The notes under the pieces: model-generated
Told to the model about the DNA's origin: nothing
Databases searched by the model: none
The model's input: the letters and a program-made list of their open reading frames with translations, nothing else
Shown here: piece after piece, positions 9,931 through 20,130 of the stretch
How positions within the stretch are numbered: the stretch's first letter is position 1
Layout of the letters: each line of letters opens with the position of its first letter
Source: Candidatus Poribacteria bacterium
GTDB lineage: Bacteria; Poribacteria; WGA-4E; WGA-3G
Assembly (NCBI GenBank): GCA_964291315.2
Contig: OZ219753.1
Coordinates: forward strand, 2,944,001-3,008,000
Direction of reading: 5' to 3'
Length of the DNA: 64,000 bases
Translations under genes and position numbers: made by a program

Positions 9931-10677
9931 ATGAATTTAGACAATAAAATTGCAATTGTAACGGGTGCTGGACAAGGGATCGGTAAAGCTATTGCTCTCA
10001 GACTCGCCGGCGCTGGTGCGGATACTGTTATCATGGATCTGAACATCAACGCCGCTGCATCGGTTGCGCAGGAGATCCAAGACATCGGACGCAGAGCACT
10101 GCCTATTCAAGCCGATGTCTCACGCTCTAGTGATGTTAATGCTGCTGTTGAAAAGGTTATCTCCACGCTGGGGCGCGTTGATATCCTCGTTAACAACGCT
10201 GGTATCTCAGGACGGACGCTCCCGTTAACCGGTTTAGAAGAAGCCGACTGGCATGCTGTGATAGGTGTGAACCTCACGGGGGTGTTTCTCTGTTGCAAAG
10301 CGGTTATTGATCAGATGATCGCTCAGGATTACGGTAGGATTATCAATATCGCTTCAATCGCTGGAAAAGAGGGCAATCCGACGCTCATTCCTTATTCGGT
10401 ATCTAAGGGAGGGGTGATCTGTCTCACGAAAGCACTTGCGAAAGAGGTGACGGCTTACAATATCCGTGTCAACGCGGTCTCGCCTGCGGTTATCGAAACG
10501 CCCATTTTGGATGGAATGGCACAATCAACTATCGACTATATGGTGAGTAAAATTCCGTTGGGACGCGTTGGAAAGCCGGAAGAAGTGGCTGCAGTCGTGA
10601 ATTTCTTGGCATCGGATGAGGCGAGTTTTGTGACGGGACAGTGCTACGATGTAAGCGGTGGCAGAGCAACCTATTAA
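9931..10677 (+). CDS. SDR family NAD(P)-dependent oxidoreductase (FabG-like)
   Basis: TGAGQGIG, NNAG and YSVSK motifs. Confidence 0.92.
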   Translation: MNLDNKIAIVTGAGQGIGKAIALRLAGAGADTVIMDLNINAAASVAQEIQDIGRRALPIQADVSRSSDVNAAVEKVISTLGRVDILVNNAGISGRTLPLTGLEEADWHAVIGVNLTGVFLCCKAVIDQMIAQDYGRIINIASIAGKEGNPTLIPYSVSKGGVICLTKALAKEVTAYNIRVNAVSPAVIETPILDGMAQSTIDYMVSKIPLGRVGKPEEVAAVVNFLASDEASFVTGQCYDVSGGRATY

Positions 10678-10905
10678 GCCAAAGCATTCCGTTGGATCTC
10701 GTCGTCTTCTTTTTTTGGGAGCGATCTGCCCGGCATGTTCCTCTCTCTTTTTCTAGGGACATCTTTTGCCCGTGTCCCTCTTTTCGCAAGTTTCTTCTTG
10801 TGACTGTCCGACTTTTACATTTGAAATTTTCCGTGTGCTCTTACGACCCTACGAAAATAAAGAGGGCAGGACAAAGTCCTGCCCTATCGCAAAATATGCA
10901 GCGAT

Positions 10906-12234
10906 TTATTCTGCGATGCAGTACAGATATTTACTTCCGCGGAGATATAATTCGGAGCCCACAATTGCGGGTGAGGCGTTGAAACTCTCATCGAGTGTGT
11001 TTTCCGCCAAGATTTTAAATTCTGGTCCCTGTTGAATAACATTCACAACGCCATTCCGCCCTGCAACATAGAGTCGATCCACGGTACCCACAATAGATGC
11101 ATAAACACCAGAAACGCCTTTTAGGCGTACGGGTCCATAATATGCTTCTCCGGTTTCAGTATTGAAAGCTGAAAGAATACCGTCATTACTCTTCAGGAAG
11201 TAAATTATATTATCGGAGAGGAGAGGCGATGGCACATAAGGTGTGTCTCGATTGAATTCCCAGACGACAGCATCGGATTCACTAATATCGCCTGTCGCGG
11301 ATGCAAGAGAGACTGCCTGCAGGGCGTTGCCACGGAAACCGCTCATGAGGTAAACGAACCCGCCTGCAGCAACCGGTGAAGGAATGGAGTTGCGCGTCAA
11401 GCCGTCACCTTCCCACAAAAGTCCGCCGGTTGCCAAATCATAACTACGGACGCGATTTGTTCCTGCAGTAATCACCTGAGGTTTGCCGTCATTTTCAACG
11501 ACAATCGGAGAAAACCAAGTTGTTCTTTCATCGCGCCTCGTTTTCCACAGAACATCTCCGGTCTGCTTGTTGAGGGCAGTGATAAAAGAGTCGCCCTCGT
11601 GGTCCTGAACGATAACGAGGGTATTGTCGTAGAGAACGGGGGAGCTGCCTTCACCGAAGGTATTCCTTTTATACATCGTACCGATATCTTTCTCCCACTT
11701 TACATTGCCGTCCATATCCACGCAATAAAGCCCCCGTGAACCGAAATAGGCGTAGATGAATTCACCGTCGGTGACTGGGGAATTCGAGGCGAAGGTGGCA
11801 TCCCGGTGGGTTCCCTCATGTGGAGCTATTTCTCGGAGGGTCTTTCGCCAAAGCACACTGCCATCACTTCGGTTAATGGCGATAAGGGCGAATGTATATG
11901 TCTTGCCGTCATTTTTTGCACTAAAGAAGCCGCCAAACGGATTGTCGTCCGTCTCAGACTCCGTTTCTTGACCTTCAATGGCGGTTTGGATGAAAATTTT
12001 GTCTCCCCAGATAATAGGCGTGGCATGTCCTGTACCGGGTACAGGTATTTTCCAACGAATATTTTCTGTCTCACTCCAGGTGGTGGGTGGGTTCGCGTCT
12101 GCTGCGATGCCAGTAGCATAGGGACCGCGCCAATGGTGCCAGTTTTTTTCGAAGCCCATAGGCTGCCCGGCACTCGCAGCAATCGTTACCAAAACACAGA
12201 TACCAAGTGTTAAAATCACGATTCTTTTTAGCAT
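10906..12234 (-). CDS. PQQ-like beta-propeller repeat secreted protein (BamB-like family)
   Basis: Signal peptide MLKRIVILTLGICVLV (ATG 12234 after aaagga); WHHWRGP, SSPV, YVPSP and ASPAIVG repeats. Confidence 0.85.
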   Translation of the reverse strand: MLKRIVILTLGICVLVTIAASAGQPMGFEKNWHHWRGPYATGIAADANPPTTWSETENIRWKIPVPGTGHATPIIWGDKIFIQTAIEGQETESETDDNPFGGFFSAKNDGKTYTFALIAINRSDGSVLWRKTLREIAPHEGTHRDATFASNSPVTDGEFIYAYFGSRGLYCVDMDGNVKWEKDIGTMYKRNTFGEGSSPVLYDNTLVIVQDHEGDSFITALNKQTGDVLWKTRRDERTTWFSPIVVENDGKPQVITAGTNRVRSYDLATGGLLWEGDGLTRNSIPSPVAAGGFVYLMSGFRGNALQAVSLASATGDISESDAVVWEFNRDTPYVPSPLLSDNIIYFLKSNDGILSAFNTETGEAYYGPVRLKGVSGVYASIVGTVDRLYVAGRNGVVNVIQQGPEFKILAENTLDESFNASPAIVGSELYLRGSKYLYCIAE

Positions 12235-12390
12235 TTCAATTCCTTTCGATGTAGGCATCGGTTATCAGAGAAGAGCGGCTTGTGGCAGGATAATATTTTT
12301 ATTGGCTATACGTTTAACCAAGTCTCCTCTTCTCCTATCCAATTCCGAAAAGGGCGAGGTAGAAGACCTCACCTAGTGTAGTAGTTTAGT

Positions 12391-15384
12391 TCAGTTTAAA
12401 ATGTCTTCGATAACAAGCGGTTGTAGTAGTTCACTGTTTGCGGCTTCCAGTTTCTCACGGCTCGACACCACACATACAGCGGCTTTGTCCCGATTTCCCT
12501 CTAAGAGCTCAAGCAAGGCGCGTTTTACCTCAGTCGGAGTCGCTTGACGGAGCTGTGCATAGCGTTCTTCCCGCATCTCGCGTGTCTGTCCAGTGAGGTG
12601 TTGACTGAGTGCCTCGCTCACGGCTTGACTTGGACGGATTGGTTTTTCACCATTTTTCGCGGTCGCAATGATCGCTCGATCAATGTCCTTCTGTGTCCAT
12701 CTCACCTGCTTGACGTAATCGACGGTTTCCGCGAAGACGTTGAGGGTACGGGCAACATGCGGATCGCGATACGAAGCTTGATAGAGATGTGCATCAAACG
12801 GGCTATAGGTAAACCACGCCCCGTATGCGTTTCCTTTGAAGCGGATCTCACTCATAATATAATCCAAGCGTAAGATATGTGCGCCGATGCTAAGCAAGGT
12901 TGAATCCGGATGTGAATAGTGCGGAGCAGGCATCACATGTGCACAGTGTGCAATCTGGATTGGACCAGCCAGTCCCTCTCTCGGCGGTGTCTGAAACGGT
13001 TGAAACATAACAGGCTTAGAAACGCTTGGTTCGTCCCGCATCTTGCCAAGCCATTCTGCAAGACTCGCCCGTGTCTGCTCAAAAGCAGCATCGGAACCTG
13101 TGAAACTTGCAGTCACGCGTCTACTGTTCAGCAAGAATTCTCGAATCTCTTCTATATGACCCATGAGGTCGGCGTTAAGTTCGTCAAAATTGGAGAGCAA
13201 CACCTCACTATTGCGGAGTTGTGGCAATCCGTGGACGATCTCTGTAAGATGTGCCTGTGACGAGAGCCCACGGGAAGCATGATGAATTGCTGTAGTTGAA
13301 CCGTCGTGGATCATCCCTGTTCGGTATTCTGCGACCGCTTGAACCAAGACATCGCGAAGTCTTTCTGTATCTCTCGGATCCACGGCAAAAATAAGGTCAT
13401 GCAGCACGTCCAGCGCAGCGTCTATTTTGCGATCAAGGGCTTTAAGTTGGAAGTTCAGGCACTGCAAGGGTTGATTCGCATCCAATGCATGCGTTGTGAA
13501 TCCAGGTGAACACCCGATCCCCCCGGTGACAGATGATTTCCGCTGCGCTATCTCTGTATAGGACATATTCGCAGCGCCCAGTTTGCCAATAGCATCGGCG
13601 TATCTGGGTAAGTATCCCCAAAGATGTTCAGGTAGTCCTTGCAAATCAAAGCTCAAAACGAGGTAATTAACACCGTTGGCAAAGACATTGTTCTTAAGCA
13701 GAACTCGTCCTGCCACCTCTTCAACGGCAGTCGGGATATGCCTCGGTTTTTCAGGCAAATCGGTGACCTGAAGCTGTGGCAGTTTCGCTAATGCCTCTGG
13801 CGGGTTGGGTTGTCCGTTGAGGCGTTCCAATTCTGCGGCATCTGCGGCAATCTGTGCGACTTGTTCATCGGTGAATTGTGCCCGCGTGGTTTTCATACGC
13901 GCCATGAGCTCAGCATCAATTCTCGCCTGCATATCCTGATCCGGAGATAACACACTCGAAAGACGATGCGGGTTGTCGATCAGCCGTTCGCGAATCAGGT
14001 CATTGAAAATCCCCGGGTTTTCTTGCCACCGCTGCTGAACAGCTGCAAGGCTTTCGCCCAATTTCAAGAAGGTGTGCGAATCTTTCTCGTATATCCACGT
14101 TTCTATGACCCGATAGAGCATGCGAAGTGGGAACATCGGGGCGACTTCTTGATAGTAATAGGTGGCTTGCTGGAATACTGCTTCGACGGTTTCGCGGCTG
14201 ATCTCTGAGTCTGCGACCTGCGTTAAGGTATCAAGGACGAGCTGCGTAAATGCTCCGGCGTGCTTGGTTTCACTGCCTTTGAGCCCGACATAAAAGGTGC
14301 TTGCTGGTCCGATAGAGCTTGCACCAGAGTAGATCAGATCCGCACCGAGTTTAGAGTCTATAATCGCCTTTCGGAGCGGTGCTGCTTCATTACCGAGTAG
14401 AATCAGACTCAAAAGACGGCATAAGATCACATCTTCAGGATCTGTTGCGTCTCCGATGAGCCAACTCAGCATGAGATAGGTTTTCTCAGTGAGTGGTTCA
14501 TCTGCCCCAACCGGATAGGTGTCTTCTACGTTCTGTGGGGCATCCCACTGCGGTTGGTGCGTAACTTCCTGACAGAGGGGCCTCAAGGGTACATTGGTTT
14601 CGATCTTCGGAATAGCATCGAGTTTATCAGTGAGGAACATCAAATAATCTATGGTTGGAATATCGCCGTAGAAGAAGAAATAACTGTTACTTGGGTGATA
14701 GTAGGTTGTGTGGAAGTGCTTGAGATACTCGTAGGTTAGATCCGGAATAGCATTTGGGTCTCCGCCGGATTCACGAGCATAGAGCGTATCAGGCAGAAGT
14801 CTACTCGTCATGGAACGGTAGAGTCGCGATTCAGGATCTGAAAAGACTCCCTTCATTTCGTTATAGACGATACCTGTTATCTTCAGGTCACCTGTCGGGT
14901 TTTCTGGATCGGCAGGTGCAAGATGATGTCCTTCGCGTTTAAAGGTTTCTTCTGTAAGCAGCGGATGGAAGACGGCATCGAAATAGACTTCCGCCAGATT
15001 GAAAAGGTCTTTTTTCACATTACTAGCGACTGGATAGTAAGTGTGGTCGGAGCTAGTCATAGCGTTGATGAAGGTCGCCATGCTCATCTTGATCATCTCA
15101 AAAAAAGGTTCTTTGACCGGATATTTTTCGGAACCCGCTAAAACTGCATGCTCAAGAATATGCGGTGCCCCCGTGTCGTCTGAGGGCGGAGTAGGGAAAT
15201 TAATCGAGAAAAGATTTTCAGTATCGTTTGTGTAGAGATGTAGCAGGCGTGCCCCAGTGTGCTGGTGTGCCAATTCAATCGTTACTGCTCGTAACTCCTC
15301 GATCTGCGTAACGGCCTTTACTTCAAAGCCGTGTAATTGTTCGCCGGGGCGTAAATCTACTTCCGGCATCCAAGGGGTTTCCAA
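12391..15384 (-). CDS. M16C insulinase-family metallopeptidase (presequence protease PreP-like)
   Basis: HILEH inverted zinc motif; FINAMT, GIVYNEMKG, YYHPSN, IRFKGNAYG and SYRDP motifs; 997 aa. Confidence 0.93.
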   Translation of the reverse strand: METPWMPEVDLRPGEQLHGFEVKAVTQIEELRAVTIELAHQHTGARLLHLYTNDTENLFSINFPTPPSDDTGAPHILEHAVLAGSEKYPVKEPFFEMIKMSMATFINAMTSSDHTYYPVASNVKKDLFNLAEVYFDAVFHPLLTEETFKREGHHLAPADPENPTGDLKITGIVYNEMKGVFSDPESRLYRSMTSRLLPDTLYARESGGDPNAIPDLTYEYLKHFHTTYYHPSNSYFFFYGDIPTIDYLMFLTDKLDAIPKIETNVPLRPLCQEVTHQPQWDAPQNVEDTYPVGADEPLTEKTYLMLSWLIGDATDPEDVILCRLLSLILLGNEAAPLRKAIIDSKLGADLIYSGASSIGPASTFYVGLKGSETKHAGAFTQLVLDTLTQVADSEISRETVEAVFQQATYYYQEVAPMFPLRMLYRVIETWIYEKDSHTFLKLGESLAAVQQRWQENPGIFNDLIRERLIDNPHRLSSVLSPDQDMQARIDAELMARMKTTRAQFTDEQVAQIAADAAELERLNGQPNPPEALAKLPQLQVTDLPEKPRHIPTAVEEVAGRVLLKNNVFANGVNYLVLSFDLQGLPEHLWGYLPRYADAIGKLGAANMSYTEIAQRKSSVTGGIGCSPGFTTHALDANQPLQCLNFQLKALDRKIDAALDVLHDLIFAVDPRDTERLRDVLVQAVAEYRTGMIHDGSTTAIHHASRGLSSQAHLTEIVHGLPQLRNSEVLLSNFDELNADLMGHIEEIREFLLNSRRVTASFTGSDAAFEQTRASLAEWLGKMRDEPSVSKPVMFQPFQTPPREGLAGPIQIAHCAHVMPAPHYSHPDSTLLSIGAHILRLDYIMSEIRFKGNAYGAWFTYSPFDAHLYQASYRDPHVARTLNVFAETVDYVKQVRWTQKDIDRAIIATAKNGEKPIRPSQAVSEALSQHLTGQTREMREERYAQLRQATPTEVKRALLELLEGNRDKAAVCVVSSREKLEAANSELLQPLVIEDILN

Positions 15385-15408
15385 TATTTTGCCTCCGTGG
15401 TTCTAATA

Positions 15409-16725
15409 TTATTCTTTGGTTTTTGCTAAGTTCGCGCATACAAGTTCGTTGTCGTTTCGGGCGAAGACATGTTTATACGCAAAGGCGGGATGTGCCCACG
15501 TAACGCCGCCTCTGCGATTCAATTGGTCACGAGTTGGATCGATCAACTTGGCACGACTGATGATGTTTAGTCCTTCCGGGGAGAGGTCAGTGATAAGAAG
15601 TTCCCCTCGCTCGTTGAACATCCAGACTCTATTTTTTGATGATGCGGTGTGTTTAACAAAATGGATAGTGCTCCATCGTGCCTTTGGTACAGCGGAGAGG
15701 TCTTCCCAAACCCGATCTCCGTTTTGAGCGTCAAGACAACGGAGTTCCCCGTAACTATCTACACCGTAAATGTACCCCCCAATTCGTAAAGGTGTCGCCA
15801 TCGTGGTCTGAAGTGCATCTGTATGTTGTTCGTTCTTGCCCTTACGATGCCAACCTAGCTCTACCGCTAGATTTTCTTCGGACACCTTCAGAAGAAGGGA
15901 ACCTTGACGGAAATCGGTGATGAACAACTCATTATGGCTAAAAATAGGCGTGGCAATGCCTATCTCAAAACTTTCCGGTGGAAACGGATAATGCCAATGG
16001 GATTCGCCTGTTTGTGGGTTGAGAGCGGCTATATTCGCCCCTGTCCAACAGACGAGAACACGCTTGCCTGCTTGCGTGATCACAATTGGTGCTGAATAAG
16101 AGGCGTTGTCATTCAATGCTTTCCATCTTTCTTCGCCTGTTTTCCTGTCAAATGCAACGATACATGCGTTTGGCTGCCCACCGATTTGAACAATTAGGTT
16201 TTCTGCCTCGACAATAGGAGCACTTGCAATACCCCAGATAGGCATATTAATATTATATTCTGTATTAAGATCCCGCTTCCATACGATGTCACCTGTTGCG
16301 GCATTGAAACAGTGTAGGTGGCCCATCGCCCCGAGCGCATAAGCGAGCCCATCATGTACAGTCACAGTTGCCCGCGGTCCGGCTGTATAGTCAATCCTAT
16401 AAACACAATCGTAAGTGTAGGACCAGACGGTTCCACCTGTTTCCCAATCAAAACAGTGAACGCGCTCCACTTGTTTTGGCTCAGTCAACCGATCCGTGAC
16501 GTAGACGCGCCCATCGGCGACGCTCGGCCCGCTATAACCGCTTCCAATAGAGACACGCCAACGGAGCGGGATTTCTGCTCCTTCAAATTCTTCAATGATG
16601 CCTGTTTCGTTCCAAACCCCTTCGCGTTCTTTACCACGCCACTGATGCCATTCATCAGCAATTGCGGACATCTGCATCAGTGAAATAACAGACGGCACAA
16701 TGAGTAGACATATAAACTGCTTCAT
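15409..16725 (-). CDS. PQQ-like beta-propeller repeat secreted protein
   Basis: Signal peptide; WHQWRG, GYSGPSV, GPRATV and TWAHPAF motifs. Confidence 0.85.
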   Translation of the reverse strand: MKQFICLLIVPSVISLMQMSAIADEWHQWRGKEREGVWNETGIIEEFEGAEIPLRWRVSIGSGYSGPSVADGRVYVTDRLTEPKQVERVHCFDWETGGTVWSYTYDCVYRIDYTAGPRATVTVHDGLAYALGAMGHLHCFNAATGDIVWKRDLNTEYNINMPIWGIASAPIVEAENLIVQIGGQPNACIVAFDRKTGEERWKALNDNASYSAPIVITQAGKRVLVCWTGANIAALNPQTGESHWHYPFPPESFEIGIATPIFSHNELFITDFRQGSLLLKVSEENLAVELGWHRKGKNEQHTDALQTTMATPLRIGGYIYGVDSYGELRCLDAQNGDRVWEDLSAVPKARWSTIHFVKHTASSKNRVWMFNERGELLITDLSPEGLNIISRAKLIDPTRDQLNRRGGVTWAHPAFAYKHVFARNDNELVCANLAKTKE

Positions 16726-17258
16726 AGATTCCTTGTATAGTTTCTCAACCAGAGGACCATCTCTCGATAGACCTGGTTTGTCTCTTTGTATTGCTTTTTT
16801 AGTTTCTTTAATTTTGCGTGCGGTCCCTTGATCCGACTCTGTTTGAGTGCTTCCGAATTTCGGTGTGTGTCGCCTTGATACGTTATTTCCACCAAATCTT
16901 CAAGGTGTTTAACACTAGCACCTATGTCTAAGAGGTACTCCCAGATGAGTCGAGTGGCGCATGTACTATTTCTATTGTCAAAAGCCGGCGGTTTGTGATC
17001 GAATCGGTAGTTTTCCGGACAATAAGTGTTTCCAATGTCCACCAAACAGTCGGCATGTAACCTGAGGTTCTCGGGCACTTTGCGGCTTACGAATAAAACC
17101 TCCACATTGTCTGCTTGGAAGAGAAAATCTTGGGCAATCCACGCACTGACAATAGCATCAAGGTCTGGATCTGTGTGTGTGACAATCTGTTTCAAGAACA
17201 CCCCGCCGCGTGTAGGACGGTTTTTCGAATCCGTCTTCTTGTAGGTTCGTTTTCGCAT
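16722..17258 (-). CDS. Short DHH/MYG1-like phosphoesterase N-terminal domain protein
   Basis: IVTHTDPDLDAIVS, LVDIG, FDHK and STCATRLIWEYL motifs; stop overlaps start of the PQQ gene. Confidence 0.55.
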   Translation of the reverse strand: MRKRTYKKTDSKNRPTRGGVFLKQIVTHTDPDLDAIVSAWIAQDFLFQADNVEVLFVSRKVPENLRLHADCLVDIGNTYCPENYRFDHKPPAFDNRNSTCATRLIWEYLLDIGASVKHLEDLVEITYQGDTHRNSEALKQSRIKGPHAKLKKLKKQYKETNQVYREMVLWLRNYTRNL

Positions 17259-17561
17259 GGCAACTTCTCAAACTCTTTCTGTAGGATAGCTTTTCCGATC
17301 AGGGCTCCCTCTTTTTTATCCATCTAGTATACGAATTTACGGTGAGATTGTCAAGCGAGTCCTTATGTATTATTAGAATCAGGATTTTAGAATTTACAGA
17401 CTACTTGCCCCACTTGATTGAAAACAGTCTTATATAGATGGAATGCTCAAGATATTTGACTAAGTGCAAGTTTTCTCAACGGAAAATTGACTTTTTTTTC
17501 GACTTCGAAATGCCTCTTACAGAAAACAGCGAAATGTTGTAATCTGGGAACGTCCCCTATC

Positions 17562-18626
17562 CTACGGTCGCAGCGTTAAACGCCGGATGACATAAATCCA
17601 TGCACGCATCCCACGTACGTCCACCGTCAACTGTCGGATCACCTTAAGAGAACGTTGTTGTTTCAGTTCTTTGTTAAATATTTCGCGCTGCGATGTAAGT
17701 AGTACTATTTTGCCCTTCGGTTTCAAGGCGCGTTCATATTCTTTGAGACATCGCCGATATAGATTTGCTAGCTGTCGGACATTCTCGATTGTTTCACCAA
17801 ACGGAAGATTACAGACAATCTTATCAACAGTATTCGACTGCAACGGTAGGGTCCGGGCATCCCAACGGAAGAACTGACGCGGTTGATGTTGTCTACCGAA
17901 ATTCGTCGCAGTAGCATCTAATGCCGTCGTAGAAATATCACCACCGATGAGGTAACGGTAACGACCGATGTGTGCACGTTCTAAAAGAATGGTAGCAGCA
18001 CCACACATTGGGTCTAAGAAGACATCATCTGGATGCGGTCGTGAGAGCCGCACCATGCCGTAAGCTAGAGTCGGTTTGAGAGATGCGGGGATATGTGCCT
18101 GTTTATAGGGGCGCTGTGCCATGTGGTTTGGTGACAGCCTCACACTAATGTAACCGTCGTTTCCATGTATCTCCGCCCAGATATCTAGTGCTGCAACACT
18201 CTTCCCGAGATACCATCCGCGATCCAATAAAGTGCGTTCCATAACGCGCTGGAGATCAAGTCTCCGAAAATTCCGTTTTCCGGACAACCGACTCGTTAGT
18301 CGAAAGGGTGGGCGTTTCCGGACGTTGATACCCACCTGCCGACAACACGCAAACGTCTTCTCGAAGTTGAAGCGCGCCAATGAGCCGCTCAATGCCGCCA
18401 GAGAGCTCCGGGATCGTGTCATTTTCGGTATCTGTTTAAGGACGAGAAAAAGATGTTCTGCTGTTCGGAGTGATAACAGGTTGCGCGGGTTACCCGTATA
18501 CTGAAAAAGCAGACGTTGCGGTTTGCGTTCCAGGATCTTCAGGTGTCCTGTCTCGGCAAAGCGTTCGCTCAGCTCCTCGCGTGCAATGGTTTCTAACCCG
18601 GCGCTTACGATAATTGAATAAAGCAT
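17562..18626 (-). CDS. THUMP-domain SAM-dependent RNA methyltransferase (Trm14/RlmL-like, UPF0020)
   Basis: ASLKPTLAY, FLDPMCGAATILLE, GGDI, WDAR and NLPFG motifs; ATG at 18626 (MLYS) preferred. Confidence 0.85.
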   Translation of the reverse strand: MLYSIIVSAGLETIAREELSERFAETGHLKILERKPQRLLFQYTGNPRNLLSLRTAEHLFLVLKQIPKMTRSRSSLAALSGSLARFNFEKTFACCRQVGINVRKRPPFRLTSRLSGKRNFRRLDLQRVMERTLLDRGWYLGKSVAALDIWAEIHGNDGYISVRLSPNHMAQRPYKQAHIPASLKPTLAYGMVRLSRPHPDDVFLDPMCGAATILLERAHIGRYRYLIGGDISTTALDATATNFGRQHQPRQFFRWDARTLPLQSNTVDKIVCNLPFGETIENVRQLANLYRRCLKEYERALKPKGKIVLLTSQREIFNKELKQQRSLKVIRQLTVDVRGMRAWIYVIRRLTLRP

Positions 18627-18664
18627 GTTTTGGATTTGCAGCACACAATGTGCGCTTCCTGATT

Positions 18665-18817
18665 TTACGGTTCGGGCCAATCCAGATAGCGATGGAGAAA
18701 ACGAAACGTAGTTTCGGTAACGGACCTGTCAAGGGCTTCGACCACTTCTACAGCAAGGTCTCTGTCTAATGTTAGCGGTTCAGTTCCAAGTAACACTTGT
18801 GCAGTTTCACTTGCCAT
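18665..18817 (-). CDS. Small 50-aa protein not in the ORF track
   Basis: MASETAQVLLGTEPLTLDRDLAVEVVEALDRSVTETTFRFLHRYLDWPEP*; strong RBS gaaaggag 5 nt before ATG; co-oriented with neighbours. Confidence 0.6.
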   Translation of the reverse strand: MASETAQVLLGTEPLTLDRDLAVEVVEALDRSVTETTFRFLHRYLDWPEP

Positions 18818-18908
18818 GTAAGCTCCTTTCACACAGTTGTGAGTTATCCATTATCAGGTGTGTGAAGTCGGGATTCTCGGTTCTCATCCTACAAGCAGTT
18901 CATCCGTG

Positions 18909-20096
18909 CTAAATGATTCCATCCCGCTTTAACTTATTTATCTCATGAGAAGACATTCCCAACACACTTGTCAGGGTCTCAGTCGTATGTTCGCTGAGAT
19001 TCGGTGCAGGTGTGTCCACACTTCCGGGGGTTTCTGATAGTTTAATCGGAATTCCCGGTATCTTGACCTCACCTGTAATTTTGTGTGAGATACGTGTAAT
19101 CATCTCCCGCGCCTGCACCTGCGGATGCGTGACAACCTTGTCCATTGCGTTGATGGGGCCACATGGAACACCGATTTTTCCGAGGGCATCGATCCAATTG
19201 GCTGTAGTGCGTTGCGACATGAGCTCTGAAAGGATAGGAAACAGTTGACTGTGATTTTCTGTCCTGTCAGCATTCGTCTGAAATCGCTTGTCCGAGACGA
19301 GTTCCTGTCGATCGACATGCTCACAGAACTTTTCCCAGAGTGTATCGTTTCCGAGAGCAATAATAACGTATCCATCTGCAGATGCGAAGGCCTCAAATGG
19401 TGTAATTGCTGGATGTCTAGCCCCGAGTGGCTTCGGGGCTTCACCCGTTGCAAAATAACGGACAACCGCGTTTTCTAAAACAGCCACGAGACTATCTAAC
19501 ATTGCAACATCGACAAACTGTCCGTTCCCGGTTTGGTTGCGGTGGTGCAGTGCGGTGAGAATGCCTATTGTCGTGAAGAGAGCAGCGGTAATGTCACTGA
19601 TAGAGGTACCAACCCGTATCGGTGCCCCATCAGGTTCGCCGGTAATGCTGATAATGCCCCCCATACCTTGGATGATCATATCGTATGCCCCGTGATGTGC
19701 ATAGGGCCCCTTCTGCCCAAAGCCGGAGCATGCCGCATAGATGAGCAAGGGGTACTCAGATTTGAGTGCCTCATAATCCAAGCCCAATTTCTTCATTGTT
19801 CCGGGTCGAAAATTCTCCACAAGGATGTCGGTCCGTTTCAACAACTGCTTAAATATTTCTCGTCCGCGCTGGGTCTTAAGGTTGAGTGTTACGCTCTGCT
19901 TCCCACGATTCACACTCATGAAATAGAGACTGAACCCGTTTTTGAAGGGGCCAAAATTGCGAGATTCGTCTCCTGTACCGGGTTGTTCAATCTTGATGAC
20001 CTCTGCACCGAGGTCACAGAGAAGCATAGTCGCATAAGGCCCAGCGAGAACTCGTGTCAGATCCAAAACCTTTATACCGCTGAGGGGACTTGTCAT
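18909..20096 (-). CDS. CaiB/BaiF family (class III) CoA transferase
   Basis: VLDLTRVLAGPY, NRGKQS, ENFRPG and ISDITAAL motifs. Confidence 0.93.
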   Translation of the reverse strand: MTSPLSGIKVLDLTRVLAGPYATMLLCDLGAEVIKIEQPGTGDESRNFGPFKNGFSLYFMSVNRGKQSVTLNLKTQRGREIFKQLLKRTDILVENFRPGTMKKLGLDYEALKSEYPLLIYAACSGFGQKGPYAHHGAYDMIIQGMGGIISITGEPDGAPIRVGTSISDITAALFTTIGILTALHHRNQTGNGQFVDVAMLDSLVAVLENAVVRYFATGEAPKPLGARHPAITPFEAFASADGYVIIALGNDTLWEKFCEHVDRQELVSDKRFQTNADRTENHSQLFPILSELMSQRTTANWIDALGKIGVPCGPINAMDKVVTHPQVQAREMITRISHKITGEVKIPGIPIKLSETPGSVDTPAPNLSEHTTETLTSVLGMSSHEINKLKRDGII

Positions 20097-20130
20097 TGTT
20101 CCTCTTTCCTAGTAACTGTGAAAACCGATT

